From positions 31,806,001 through 31,870,000 of the forward strand of contig CM022671.1 in assembly GCA_012295275.1 (NCBI GenBank): 64,000 nucleotides of DNA, written 5' to 3'. Origin of the DNA: Chrysomallon squamiferum (Eukaryota > Animalia > Mollusca). The translations under genes were made by a program, and so were the position numbers. Shown here piece by piece: positions 28,701 to 43,581 of the stretch; the first letter of the stretch is position 1; every line of letters starts with the position of its first letter. A model generated the notes under the pieces. It did not search any database. It was given only the letters and a program-made list of their open reading frames with translations, and was not told the DNA's origin.

Positions 28701-31700
28701 GTTTTTTATTTGTTTTCTGCTGTCCAGTCTTAACAACAGAAATGTACAGTTTACATATATCTGTATTTTTGTAGTCGTGATATCATTAATACGAGGTAGA
28801 TATATTTGGTCTAATATTTATTCTAGTATGAAACAAAATATAGCTATTAGATTACTCTGTACACAGTGATGTTGAAATTCCAGTCATAACAGAGTAAAAT
28901 GGAGGTGTTCACATGCTTTGTAGCAGTTTCTACTGTGAAACTTTGTTGTTAGTGAAGACAGGTTGCCCAAAACAAAAAATATTAGCTTAGAAGTATAAAG
29001 AATTTTATTGGACTATTTATTCAAACTGCATGAGGTGTGCTGTAAATGACATGATATCACAATTACTACATACTGAGCAATCCACTGCATGATTTCATAT
29101 CACAAATGGTGCATTGATGTGTATACAAGATAATGGTCTATGTATAAAATCATTGATTCATAATGTCTCATTGTCAGTATAGCTCACCTTTGACACCTAA
29201 TTATTATTAATATAAAGATGCATCATTTTACTGATTCACTGGCTACTGAAGGATAATTGAATGTAATATAAATAGACAATGTAACTTACCCTAGATTGTT
29301 AAATATGTTGCCTAAATTTGGGGCCTTAATAGAGAAATCTCCAAACATTGAGAGAAATCCTTCAACTGAAGACATCAGAGACTTGGGAATGAAGTCAAGC
29401 TTTTGTATTTCTTTCATTATAAGACCAGATGCAAATTTTACTGCTGCTCTTCCCACCTTTTCTAAAAATGTTTTAAATCCTTCAAGTAATTTACCATTTT
29501 CAAATATCTGTCCAATATGTTTGATTGTGAAATCTTTACACTTCTGGGTCCATTTTGGGATTATTTTTAGAGAATCCAGAAATGGAGAAGGGTCAAGATA
29601 AAAACAACCACCGTTGTCATTGGTTTTCTTGCGCATGGCAACATGAATATGGCTGACACTGCAGTCATTGTTCCCTGCAGAAATGCCAATATTTTTACTG
29701 GCTTCAACATAAATACCATCACTGTCTTTTTCTGGATACTCAGTGTTTGGAATTATATTAGATATAATGATTTCATAGTTTGACAGATCAGACCCTACTG
29801 GCCTCAGAAGCAGAGAGCCATCCTTTTCTTTGAACACCATAGCATTCACTGGACAAGGTATCTGCAAAACATGAAACAGATTTCAGCTTTTAAATTTTTA
29901 TACTGTTTTAGATCATTAAAATATCACAAAGAAAAAAGAAATTATATATGGTAATGGAGTACATATGAAAATATGATTTCAGATATTTAAACATGCTTAA
30001 TTTTTGCAGTTTTGTATGTATGTATGTAGTAGTAAAATATTTTCATGAATTTTTCATTTTTTTGAGATACATGAATGCATGATCCATATATAGTATATTT
30101 ACATGTTAGGAGATGCATGCAAACATTTACATCTTTGGAGACATATGATGTATGTATATAATACATGCATGTTTATCCATGTATACAGTAAATTTACATG
30201 TTTTGAGATGCATGGAATGTATTTGTATACTGACATGTTTGAAGATGCATATTTACAATATGTGCTTTTGAATGCATGAATGTATGGATACAATATATTT
30301 ACATATGCTTTGAATGCATGAATGTATGTAAACAGCATATTTATATGTGCTTTGCAATGCACAAATGGATGTATACAGTAAATTTACATGTACATTGAAT
30401 GTATGAATGTATGTATACAGCATATTTGCATGTGCATTGCAATGCATGTGTAGAGCATATTTACATGTGCTTTGAGATATATGAATGCATGCATACAGTA
30501 TATTTAAATGTATTATATTTACATGTTTTTTTGAGATATATGAATGCATGCATATTTATATTGATTGGAGATACATGAGATTTAGATCTGTTTGCATATG
30601 CATCTATATGCATTTACATGTGTGTGTGTATATATATATATATATACAGTATATCCAAATATAACAATGTTTTTTGAAATATTTCCTGTGATAAAGACAA
30701 ACATGTTTGTAAACTAATTTAACTAATATTCTGAATATTTACTGTCCAATCCTTGTTGCTTTCCCAAATCAAGTCCACACCAGGTGTTGTGTATTTTTTA
30801 CAGGTGTCTGTTGGGTAGGTACCACAACCACATGTATCATCACATCCTTTTCTTTGACTAGGAAACTTTTCGTAGAATTTGTTGCCAAACAAAGCATGGA
30901 TTGTAGATTTAACTTTCTCAACTCTGAAAAGGAAAAGCACAAAGATACTTTCATTCATTTATATGAAGCTGTAAGACACAAAATGTATTTTGGGATTCAA
31001 CACGATATAATCATAGGTCTGCCATTCTAAGGGAGGAGGCAGGCAGAAACTGATCTCCAAATTAGGGTAAAACATAAACAAATGTTGAACTTCTCTTTAT
31101 CTGTGTAAAATTTGGACAATCAAATCCTTGGCCTCCTGCCTTTAACCCATGTACACAGCTGTTTTTGTTTGCTAAATGGGATAGTTTGTATTATTATTTG
31201 GAAACAAAAACAAATTCAGTTTAATAAATATTAAAAGTTAATTACATAAATAAATAAATAAATAAATAAAAATATATATGTATATATATTTTTTTAATTT
31301 AAACAATTTTAACACAGTGACAAATTTTAAATATTAAAAGACAGTGACAAAAACAAGAATATCTACGCTTCTTTAAATGCCTCAAAAGATGACTGCATCA
31401 TTTCTGTAGCAAGTTCTCGACTGTCAGATGCATCCTGAAATCTCTTTGGTGCTCGCTTTTGTATGTTTTTCAAATGTCCAACTAAAGTGTCCACATCTTT
31501 CTGTATATTGATCATCCCTTTTTGAACTGAATTACCCTAAAAAATAAGAACATTCTTTTAAGAAATCCAAATTTAAAACTATTGATAAATCCTTAGTAAT
31601 TCATGATTTACTGAAATCTCATTTTAAATTCAACTATAATTACCATTTAAAAGAGTTTGTTGTATTAAATTTCTAAAATCTGCAGCAGATTATATATAAC

Positions 31701-34700
31701 TTACAATCTGTCTTAATCCCTTTTTGAATCCAGCAACAAATCCTGCACTCCTTCGCTTTCTTGATTTTTCTTGTAACTTAAGACTGGCCAACTTCAACAT
31801 GGCAATCATATCTCCAATCTCCCCTCCATTTGACACCCATGTTGATTTGTCTCCTGTAAAATAAAAAAAATTCATTTACACTCTCTTGCACTTTAGAAAT
31901 ATTCACATACCCACATGCATGTATTCAGATATGCACACACGCATACAAACACATATACATACAGATATACACATACATATAAACATACACACATAAACCC
32001 ACATGCATAATGTTCATAACCATCTCTTTTGACTTTTACTTCCCACATTAACTATTTTATATATACCATTTCAAACCAATAAGTAAAAAATAAAATAAAA
32101 TAAAATGCTCATTTTAATTTCATTCTGATTTTCTATTCCATAATTTATTTTGAAATAAATATAAGAAAAACAATGATAACAAATAAGAAAATGAATCAAA
32201 GATTTAAGTTACACAATAACTGTTTGTTTCACCTTTTTGCAATGATGTTGTCTCCCGAATAATTGAATTAGATTTTAACACTCTTGCCATTCCTAACTGA
32301 TATCTGCAAGAGAAAGGACAGACAATGGGCAATATTTTTTGTATTTTAAAAAACATTGTAGTCTTTCATTCAAATAATTTATTAAAACAGAGCATTAAAC
32401 TATTAATATGAAATTAATGTAAGACATCTATCCAATCATATTATATTTTCTTTGTAATAAATTATTTTAATGATGAATGTATAGTGTGAACATGTGCATG
32501 CATGAATGAACATATGTGTGTTCAATAACTTTAATGAACATGTGTATTAATGACATCAGATTAATAAGGCAACAAAAATTTACTTTAGCCTTGTTTCCTC
32601 CAGTGCCCGGAATGACTGCTTTGGAGACTTAGCAATCTGATGCATTAGTTTTAAGGCATTATCAGTTGCGTCACTTATTTCTTTTTCAGCAAAAGGCAAT
32701 CCAACCATAGCAACATCAGCAATGTTCTGTAAATACATAATCTATCTGTATCTTGACATTCTTTCATTAATATGTGTCTTTATTTCAGACTCTTCTTTTT
32801 TCTTGTATGATTTTAAATTTTAATGAACTGATTAGAATTGTTCTCTCTCTTTCTCAGTAACATTCCATTCTCATCTGAATTCAAATTTAATTTGCAAAGC
32901 TTACTACTTAATATTACTGCAATCAATACATAATATTAAAAAACACTCAAATAAATAAAACAAAACCATACACACATACACACACATATATATATAAGCA
33001 AGCATTCATAAGCAAAAGAATCTATACAAAATTGTAATTTTCTATTAATGAAGGATATCAAGAAAATATTTGAAAACTATTTTAAATTGGTCCCCACTCT
33101 GATAAATGCAAATACCTTTCTATTTATAAATTTTTAAACCCTCATAAAATCTTTCAGTCTTCTTTCTAGTTTGAAATTATAATTTGACAGAGTGAAATTA
33201 GTAGAAAAGAAAATATTCTGAAAATGTTTTGATGAAATGTATTCATCTCAGGTCTTCTCATCATGAATAGAAATTTAGTTTTAACCTTTAAGCACTATAA
33301 GCTTTTAAAACAATCAGTACATACATTGTAAAAGTCCATGGCATCTGAATGAAGATCTTCTACAAGTGACTGTGCACTTTCAACTGTCTCCTTGAACTTT
33401 ATCATCCAAGGGAGACCACTGAACTGATTGGCAGTTCGTGTCAGGTTAAGTGCTGCATCCAGAGCTTTCTTGGTCAAGTTTGGAATTTCACTGGTAGCAT
33501 TGACAAATGGTTCAAACACACTTTTCCTTTTAAATTTGTTGTCAGTTTCTTTATCATCTGAAAACCTTTTTGTCCTGCTGGTTGATGAACTACCATTCTG
33601 AAACTGTTTGGCCATATCATTTGCAACATCAACCATTGGTTTCATCATCTTGTCAACCATCTGGTCAAAGGCACTGGAAATATCTTTCACTAGATTCACT
33701 GAAAAGTCCTGAAATAAATTAAGATTTGCAGATGTGCTTGCAATTTTGTTTGTAGATGTACTGGTTTTTGCAAAGTTAAAAATAAAGGTCCACAAATATT
33801 ACATGCTTTCAACTGAAGCGGTTTTAAAAGTAATTAACCAAAGAAGAGTTAGCAATATCTTAAAATCCAGATAATCCTTTATTTAGATAAAATAACAGTA
33901 ATTTTAAATTATAAACTTAAATAAATAAAATTAAATATTTTAGTATGATACCTTAAATATATTCATGTTGTATTCCAGTCGTCCTTTATAACAAACTTCT
34001 ATCAACAAGATATCAAAATGAAGATCCAGCATTCCTACATGGGCCTCAGCAAACAATTTATCATCTACATTGAGATCTACAAAACCACTCAATGGTCCTG
34101 GCAGAAGAAGAATAAAAACTTAGCTTAGTTTACTGAAAATTACTAATATATCATGACTGGAATAATTTCAACAAATATTTTACACAGATACCAAAAAAAT
34201 AATTTTCCATTACATACATACATACATACATATATACATACACACCCACACACAAAGAAATATCAGAGAACTGATTTTAAATGTGTTTTAATCTGTTTCA
34301 GTTAAATACAGTTTCATTTTTTACTAAATATTCATTGTTGTTTTTGTTTGTTTGTTTGTTGTTGTGTTTTTTCACTATTTTTTTATTTTATGTACAGATT
34401 AAGCTTTGGTACAGATAAATGGGCTGATACCTGTATGGAAAATAGACTATTTTTATGAACAGAAGAAATATCATTCCAGCAAGAAATGAAATCTTACGAA
34501 ATAATGCCCAAAGACGATTTTCAAATTTGACTCCAAAACTTGCTCCTATATTTGTAGACCCAATGACCTTTATCCACTCAAATGGTGTGATCTCCAGTTT
34601 GAATTCCAACAGAACTTTGTCCAAGAAACTTCGTTTGACCCTCATCACAGTGTGATAATTGTACTTGTTTCTGTCAGTATAAATTAATAACATGATAAAA

Positions 34701-37700
34701 GAAAAATAATTCTTAAACAAGACATTTTTTTGTTGTTGTTGTTTGTTGATTGTTTCTTAATTCTTTTTTATTTCTTGCTATTGCCTATTACTTTGGGTGC
34801 TAATATTTTCTAATGGAAAGGAGTTGCCTATTTTTATTATTATTTATTAATTATGAATTAAAAAAAAAGGTTAATTAGATGCTTTGTCAGATGCTTTCAC
34901 AAATGAAAGTTAAAAATGGCATTAATTTTCTCTTTTCCTTTCATTATTTCTTGTTTTTGGTTTCAGTTTTTCACTAGTTTTCTGTGAAGTCTTGTTTTAA
35001 ACAAAACTAAATAGACAATTCTTTGCTTGTCTAATGACATTACAGTGATAATATTTATTTTTAATATTTTGTTTTTATATAATATATATAAAACATTCTG
35101 ACCTCAGCAAGACATCATGGTGTGCAGCTGTAATTTCCTTCCCCTTTGGATGTTTTCTGTATTGTTCCCGAGCCATTTTTCTAACAGTTTCATCTTCATC
35201 AAACATTGCGCTTTCAAACAATGCCAGAGCACTCTGACAACAAACACCAACAAATGTAAATAAAATATTTAAAAAACACTCTAATGGCTTTCAGTTTTGA
35301 TCATAATATTGCCAACATGCATTTGTATATTAATAAACAATAGTTTATCAGGAACCAGAAAATCATTTTTTTTTTAAATAAGAGAGATATCCAATGATTA
35401 TCAGATTTAATACAAATTAGGGTACAAAGGGTTGCAGTGGTGCTACTGCTGTTGTTGTTGTTGTTGGCAGCAGTACAAAAACAAAATTATGAAGGGGATT
35501 TTATAAAAAAAAATATATATTTATAATAATATCTCTTGGTGCTTTTGTGTCATTTTTATCATCATTATCACATTATAATCATCAACATTATCATCATAAC
35601 AATGATATAACAATTATCATCATAATAATAATCATCATAATTATGTTCATAATAATCATCATGATTGTCAGTATCACCTTAATAATCATCATCATTATTA
35701 TTATCATAATCATCAGTACTATCATCATAACAATAATTATCACCATTTCACCATCATTATAATCATCACCTTAATATAATAACTGTCAGAAGTACTCATA
35801 TAGCAACATTATTCTACAGACATAATCAATCCACACTTATAAAAAACATTATTATGGTATAAAAACTGTAATGATCACAAGACAAACCTCTGTACAAGTA
35901 TAGTGTCTCAGTGCTGTTATGGCTGCCCTTTTCCATGCATGGTGAGCTGGGTTAGGATGGGTGTGGGAGATAATGTGAGGCAGAGAGCGTTTCAGTGCAG
36001 CATTGCCTAAACTGTGAATCAGAGTTGATCTTCCAAGGATGTACTCTTCTTCTTCATTTGTTATTTCAGTCAAAGGGACCGATCTTTTCACACGAATTGT
36101 AGCATTCACTGTTGTTACATATTAATTATTAAAACTCATACTGCTGCTTTACAGTTGATTTTATATTAAAAACAAGAACAATGATTCAAAGAAAAGTGTA
36201 ATAATATATATTTTTAATTAGCAGTTTTGCTGTAATTAGCTTTAAATATTTAAAAATAATAATTAAAAAAAAAAAAAAAAACATATGATTGTCAGACATT
36301 GGTAACTTTCAACTTAACCTATTGGAAGTAAATCTAGAATCTGTTTTATCAAGTAATTTTTTGGATGAGTTGAAAAACAAAAATGTGAAATCTTGACAAA
36401 TGTTTTTCATTTTTTTTTAAACTGTAATTTCAGCATGTTCCATTTTTGAAAAAACCCAGATACACAGCATTAATTCTATTTCATGGTAATCATATTTAAG
36501 ATATATTTAAACTGTTTACTAGATGTATTTTTGATTTTTACATAAAATAACAATTTTTGACGGTAAGATGGGTCCTGATTTTTGTTTGTTTGTTTATTTA
36601 TTTATTTATTTATTTATTTTTTTCTTACATTAATGAAAAATTTTTATTGAAAGAATATGTATAAATTCAGATTTAAAAAATAATACTGTTAGATAAAAAT
36701 GAAATGTAATTGATGTCTCACATATGAAAATGTAAATAAATAACTAAAAACAAGCTGCCCAGTATTTCTAAATTATTCACATATTTATAACATTTTAACA
36801 TAATTATGTCTAATTTATAAATAATATACTCTGTAACTTTCAGAGTAAACAAATACAGTAAACAAATCCACAAAGTAACTGCCATATTGTTTTATGAAAG
36901 ATTTCCCTGATGTAATGTTGGCACCATGACATCATTAGCACTCAAAAAAGAAAATAAATTACTAGCAATTTATTTATAGTGTCTTATTTTGTTTAGAAAA
37001 AACTCATAACCTGGAAATGTATAACATATATTTATGCTATTGCCTTTGCACACCAATCTATATAAGATAATTAGCAAATCCTTGCTGATCAGGTTTGGTT
37101 TTGAAATCTACATAGAACTTTCATTAATTATTTTAATTATTACTTTTTTAAATATAATTAATTTAAATGATTGTCAAGCCAGAATATTATTAACCTAAAT
37201 GATAGTCAAGACAGAATGTAATTAATTTAGATGATAGTCAAGACAGAATATAACTAATTTAAATGATAATCAAGACAGAACATAATTAATTTGTTTTTAC
37301 TGAAAGTTTAATTAAAGAGATTAGATTCATATCTGGAAATGTACACATAATGAAGACTTTAAAACTTACCCTGTTTGTGTTTGTGAATCCAGCTTTCAAT
37401 TTTTTCTACTATGCGTTCTGCCTCCAGTGTTCTTTCCTTGGCTAAGTTTTTAGCAAGTGAACCCAAAGCAAGACAAGCCCGCCGTTGTGTTAGTGTGAGA
37501 TTCATAGACCCTGGTTTCAAAACAAAAACAGCATTCAAATCATCATTCTGACATTATCTTCTTTTTTTTTTCCCTTTTTTTAAATAATATAATATATAAT
37601 TGTTTTTCTGTTTTTTTTTTTTTTTTTTGAGAGAGCTGTTTTTTTTGTAGTTAGGTATATATGATTTTTTTTTTTTTCATAAAAATACATATAATTTAAA

Positions 37701-40700
37701 TTGTAAAAAGTCTTCAGATAAAATTATTAAATTGTAGATGGTCATAATCAGTCATTATTTCATTTACTTTTAATCTATAAATTAAAGAAGTGGTTTGAAA
37801 AAATATTAAGTACAATTGGTAAATTAAAAATTAAATAAATTACAAAACAAATTTTATAAAAAATATAAATAAGCCAAAAGTAAAATACCTTACCATGTAA
37901 TGAATTATTTACACCCAGGCAAAACCGTTCAATAGCTTCTATAAAATCCTGTAAAATAATAATGTATGTATGTATGTATCTATCTATCTATCTTGGCACA
38001 GTCAGCACATTTTGAAATAAATTTCCTTCTCAAACTAATCAGCATATATAAATTTTTGAAAAAAAAACAACCTTGAAAAATAAATCTATTGATAACATTA
38101 ACAAAAATAAAAAATAAAAAATAAAAAAAATGCTAAAGGAGAAAATTTAAATAACTTGTTTCTACTGATCCATCTTAAAACTGTATGCTTTAGCATCTGT
38201 AACAACTCACCTGTGTTGGTTTCTTGATTACAATGCAGTGTACAAACACTCTTCTGATCTCATCCTCATCTGGTTCAGCAACATTCAGCACTTCTTTCAG
38301 AATAATCTGCTGGGACACAACATCACCTGCTCGAGCCACCAAATCAATGTACACACGTCGAGTTTCTTGACACCTCTCGTCTTTGGAACTGCAAGTTTTG
38401 TTTAGAGTTGACTCCACATGATCACGATAGTCTGATTCATAGAGACTCTGCAGCAAAATTCTAATGTTTTGAATGCATGAAGAACGATTTGCATCAGCTG
38501 CAAAGATCAAGCAGTAATTGAAATTAGAAAAGAAAAATATGATTTTAAATAATCTAAACCTGAATCATGGAGAATTTGCAGAAAAACCCTGATGTTTGGA
38601 ACACACAGCTGGAAAGTTCGAGCAGTAATTAAGATAAAATAAAAACAGTTTGAAATATATTATCATTAAGTCATTGCATTCAGAAAATAAGTTTGTTTTA
38701 TTATTTTTTACAGAGAAAAATATCACTGCAATGAAAAGATAACATTTTTACAAAATGGAAGTTACGACTACCTTAATATAACATCTATATGATGGACAAA
38801 TCAGTGTCTAACACTAATCAAGGTAGATGTTCTTAACAAGCTTTATAATCAAATTTAAGCAAAACTTTAATATACTCTGGTGGGTTTTTTTTTTAGTTAA
38901 TAACAGAAACAATGTGCTGAGAATGGATTAACAACCAAGATATGATGTAACTGATAATCTTACACATATATAAATAAATAATAATTTGCCAATTATTTCT
39001 AAATCATTAGTTATAATTTGGCTGATTTGTTAATAATGTATTCAGATATATTCAGTGTAAAGAGATATAAAGAAGATAAAAAGATGAAGATGAATACAGA
39101 TATAATAAGCTTTATGAAACATAAACATAAATATAAGAACTTACTAATGTCAGAGATGTTATGGACACATTCCATATTTTCTTCTATATGAGAAATAACT
39201 TCATTCAGTTGTTTCTTTTCTTCAGTCTGTAAAATCAATGTAAAGAAAATTTGTTTCATTATATGAACATTTAATATCATAAGACTTTGACAGAGAAGAA
39301 ATATCATATTGCAAATTATTTTGTATTTAGCTACAACATTACATTTTATTTTTCTTATTAATACAAGTAGTAAGTATGTGTAAATCTTGAATGTATCTCT
39401 GTTTTCAACTGTCTGTTAAGATATTTCCCATTTCAACTACTGTTCCACAAGTAATATATTGAAGACCATGATTTCCTGATTATTGAAATGTGCCAGTAGT
39501 CACTTAAAGTAACCCATGTATTGACAGCAGCACTCTCAGACTTTGTAAAATTTCAAAATGTTTATCAATATTCAAAATTATTTTGCAGTTTCATCTTACA
39601 TGATCAGTTTGGAGTGATCCAGGTATCAAACCATCAAAGGTTGCCCATTGATTTCCATGGTATCTGAAACAACATAACATTGTGTATAATATTTTTGCTT
39701 CATAATGGTCAGTATATATTATATAATCATAACTTTCTGTAACTTCTTAAATTAATTTTTAAACTATGCAAAAGTCATTTCCTTTTCACATCTCATTATA
39801 AACATAAGTTTGATCACTGATACAGAAGTGTTAAACAAAATACTGATTGTCAAGTAACTTCAAAATTTTTAACTCACCTCTTGCCATCCAGTTTTACATG
39901 GATTTTTGCTGATGCATGAATGTCTGGAAAATCTATAACAAAACAAATTAGCCAGAGAACATTATTGACTGAACCCAAACTGTTGGAAAAATCACTGTGT
40001 ACAGAGGAGAACAATTTTCCCTTGTTTAACTAGAAATTTGTTTTGTTTATTCTAGAGTTGTAAGAAATACACAGCATCAGTCAGTTAGGTGTGTCATGTC
40101 TGCAGTTGTGAAGGAGTAAATAAATTGATGAAATTAAAAATATATATACAACAGTGTTGCTATGAAAGATAATAGGTTGCCCAAAAACAATAAAATAATA
40201 TGAAATATAAAGAATTTTATTGGACATTTTATTTCTACTGCCACATATACACCTTTGAAACTTTCTTAAAGGATTATGTTAAGTTTGTACTGCAGTAGAA
40301 TAATGTAAATAGTCATATTTAGTATAATGTGGAGATTTCATTTTAACTGGTAAAGCACTGGATTTCTGAGTGAGGATTTCTAAGTGAGTTCTCAAAGGAA
40401 AATGAATTAAATGGAAGTTGAGTTAAACACATTCAAATTGTTTCTGTTACCTCCAGATGTATCAATTCTGTGAACAAATTCACCAGGTTCTGGTTTCCAA
40501 AAAAAAAAAAATACATAATACACACACACACACAACATTAGGCCTATCAATGACTGCATGTTTATTTGCCATTATTATTTTTATTATTATTATTATTGTT
40601 GTTGTTGTTGTTGTTGTTGTTATTGTGGTTGTTATTATATTTACTATCATTTTTATTTTTATATATTTATATTGTAGGGTCGCTATCAATATTAATATTT

Positions 40701-43484
40701 GTATTTTCCTATCAGTAATTCTGTATGTGAATATTTATTTTTTCAACATCCGATCAAAGGTTTACTGTTATGTCAAATATTACTGACTGCATTAAAACTG
40801 TCATAAAATTTTGTGATTAAATTTATTCAGAAAGGATAAATCTGTAAACACTTATATTTGTAATAATGTAATATTTTCATGAATGCCAGAAGTTTATAAA
40901 AATCAATGATTAATATAGTTACCTTGTTTTGTATCGTGGTTGTTTTTTCTTCAGTATAACAGAGTCATGTGCTGTTGCTGAATGGAGTGTGCCTTTGGTA
41001 TCATAATGCAGAATCTTATCGGAAAAAGAAAAGCAATTATAAATACTTTTAAATAATTAGTAAATACACCTTTTTCTCTCTTTTTTTTATTTTGTACCGA
41101 TCTTTTTAAAATATTTTTATTAACTTTTATCAGTTATTACTTGAATATGAGATTAATCAAACCTTCTCATAATATCGTTGACCTTGCTTATCACTGTAAT
41201 GAAGTCTCTTTAAGGTCATTCCAGTCAATGTTTTTGAAGCATCATATTGATGATCAAGTTCACCTGTAAAGAAAAGTTATTAAATTTCCAACAGACTATT
41301 AAAATTATTAAATTTCTAACATACTACTGAATTATTAAATTTTCAAAATACAACTAAAATTAATTTTCAAAAAACAACTAAAATTATTAAATGTCCAACA
41401 TACTACTATGATTATTGAATTTCCAACTATTAACTTCTGCTGTCACACTACAACTGAAAATAGTCAATCTTCAACAGAATAAAATTCAAATAAGGAAAAT
41501 ATTTTCTTTTTGCAACCAAGTTGAAGAAAGTTTACTTCTGATATTAATCTTCTGATGTTACTGTTATAACTGTAGCTGTAACTACTTTTACTTTTTTCTT
41601 TTCTACAATTATTTATGTTACTATTACTGATAAGTACAACAGCCAAAAAAAAAATATATAATATTAATTATCTCTCTCTCTACTATTTATTTCTTTGTCT
41701 CATACATTTACATCTCTTACTTGAGATATATATATGTATATATAAACAGGGCTCGAAACTCGTCTGGTGTATGGAGGCTCAAAAATCCCTTATTCATTTT
41801 GTAATATTCAGTGACCCTAATTTGTTTTTGAAAGCCCAAACAAAAAATATTCATATTTCAGCTTTTAGGTGAAGGGAAACGTGAACTTCATTGTTAGCTT
41901 TTGAAGTAAGATTTAAAAATATGCTTCGAAGAGTCATTTACATAAATATACCAACATATGTGATACTGAAATTCTTCTTTGTCGAACGCTCAGACAAGTA
42001 CTCAAGTGGTCTACAGTCATTCCGAATATCGTAAAAATTAATGTCATTAGTCTTTTCAATAGGCACCAAATTAACATACCAATGAAACAAATCTATTCAA
42101 AGAGAATAAGAAAAAGAATAAAGGAAAAAGAAATTGGAACACCTCGAAGCAGACGACAGAAGTTAAGACAATATTCGGGAAGGTTCGGATTTGACTGCGT
42201 GTTCGGCCGAGATGTTCCGAATGGTCACGAGCAGTTTTACGATACTGGGTCAGCCAGACTCAAGGTCAGCAACACTCGTAGAATTAATAATGGCTCTTCT
42301 GTTATAACTTATGGAAAAAAAAAAAATAATAAATACAAAAAAGTCGCCCAAATAATATTTTGGGGATACTAACATCCCAGTCGCCAAACGCATCAAAAGC
42401 TAACAATGAAGTTCACGTTTCCCTTCACCTAAAAGCCATTTCGAGCCCTATATATACTGTTATACACTCCCAAAAAAGAAACGCAAAATGGTTGATTTCT
42501 TAGTTAACTATTGTAAACTGACACATATGAATATGATGACATTTGGTGATTCAACATATAGCTTTTGTTACAGTCGCCAAAAAGCAGGTAACACAAAATA
42601 AAGGCTATGATCGTGTTTATTAGCCAAAACGTTCCCGCATGCAAACCACGTTACCGGTGCACGAGGTTTATAAAAATTCAAGGTTTTCGAATACTTCTGT
42701 TCGTTATTTTTGTTCTGACCCAACATCAAACAAATGCCACGAATGAGTGAACCGCAACGAAAGAACTGTCTGGTTTAGTGACGAGGCTTGATTTCTGTTT
42801 CGTCGAGCTGATAGAAGATGTCGAGTTACAGACGTCGTGGTGAACGTGTTGCTGCAAACTGAATACAGGAATCGGACAGATTTGGGGGTGGTAGTGTGAT
42901 GGTGTGGGCAGCAATCTCATACACTGGCAGGACCAACCTGGTTCACATCCAAGGCAACTTAACGGCAAAGAAATACCGAGATGAAATTTTGCAGCCACAT
43001 GTCGCTTATGAATAATGGTACAATGCGAGACCACATACAGCCAGACTCACAACATCGTACCTGCACAACAATAACATTCAGGGCCTGCCCTGGCCCTCTA
43101 AATCTCCGGATTTGAACCCTATAGAGCATTTATGGGACGATTTTGATAAACCCCTGAGGCAGCATCAACCACAGCCACAGAATCGTGCTCAGTTGGAATT
43201 ATTCCTTCAGACAGTGTGGGCCACCATTCCACAAGGTGTAATTCGTAATGTCATTACTGCCATGGGAAGGAGATGTCAGGCAGTGCTGGACTCCCTTGGT
43301 GGGCACACAAGGTATTGATATTATACTGTTACAACCTTGAACTTTAACCTTTTCAATATAATACCATCAATATTAATGAATTGCGAAAGTGTGTGTAAAA
43401 TGTGAACATTCTGCTGCTTTTTGTTGATCCATTAGATAGATATTCCCAATGTCAATACAATCTACTTCTGCGTTTCTTTTTTTT

Positions 43485-43581
<97 letters not shown>

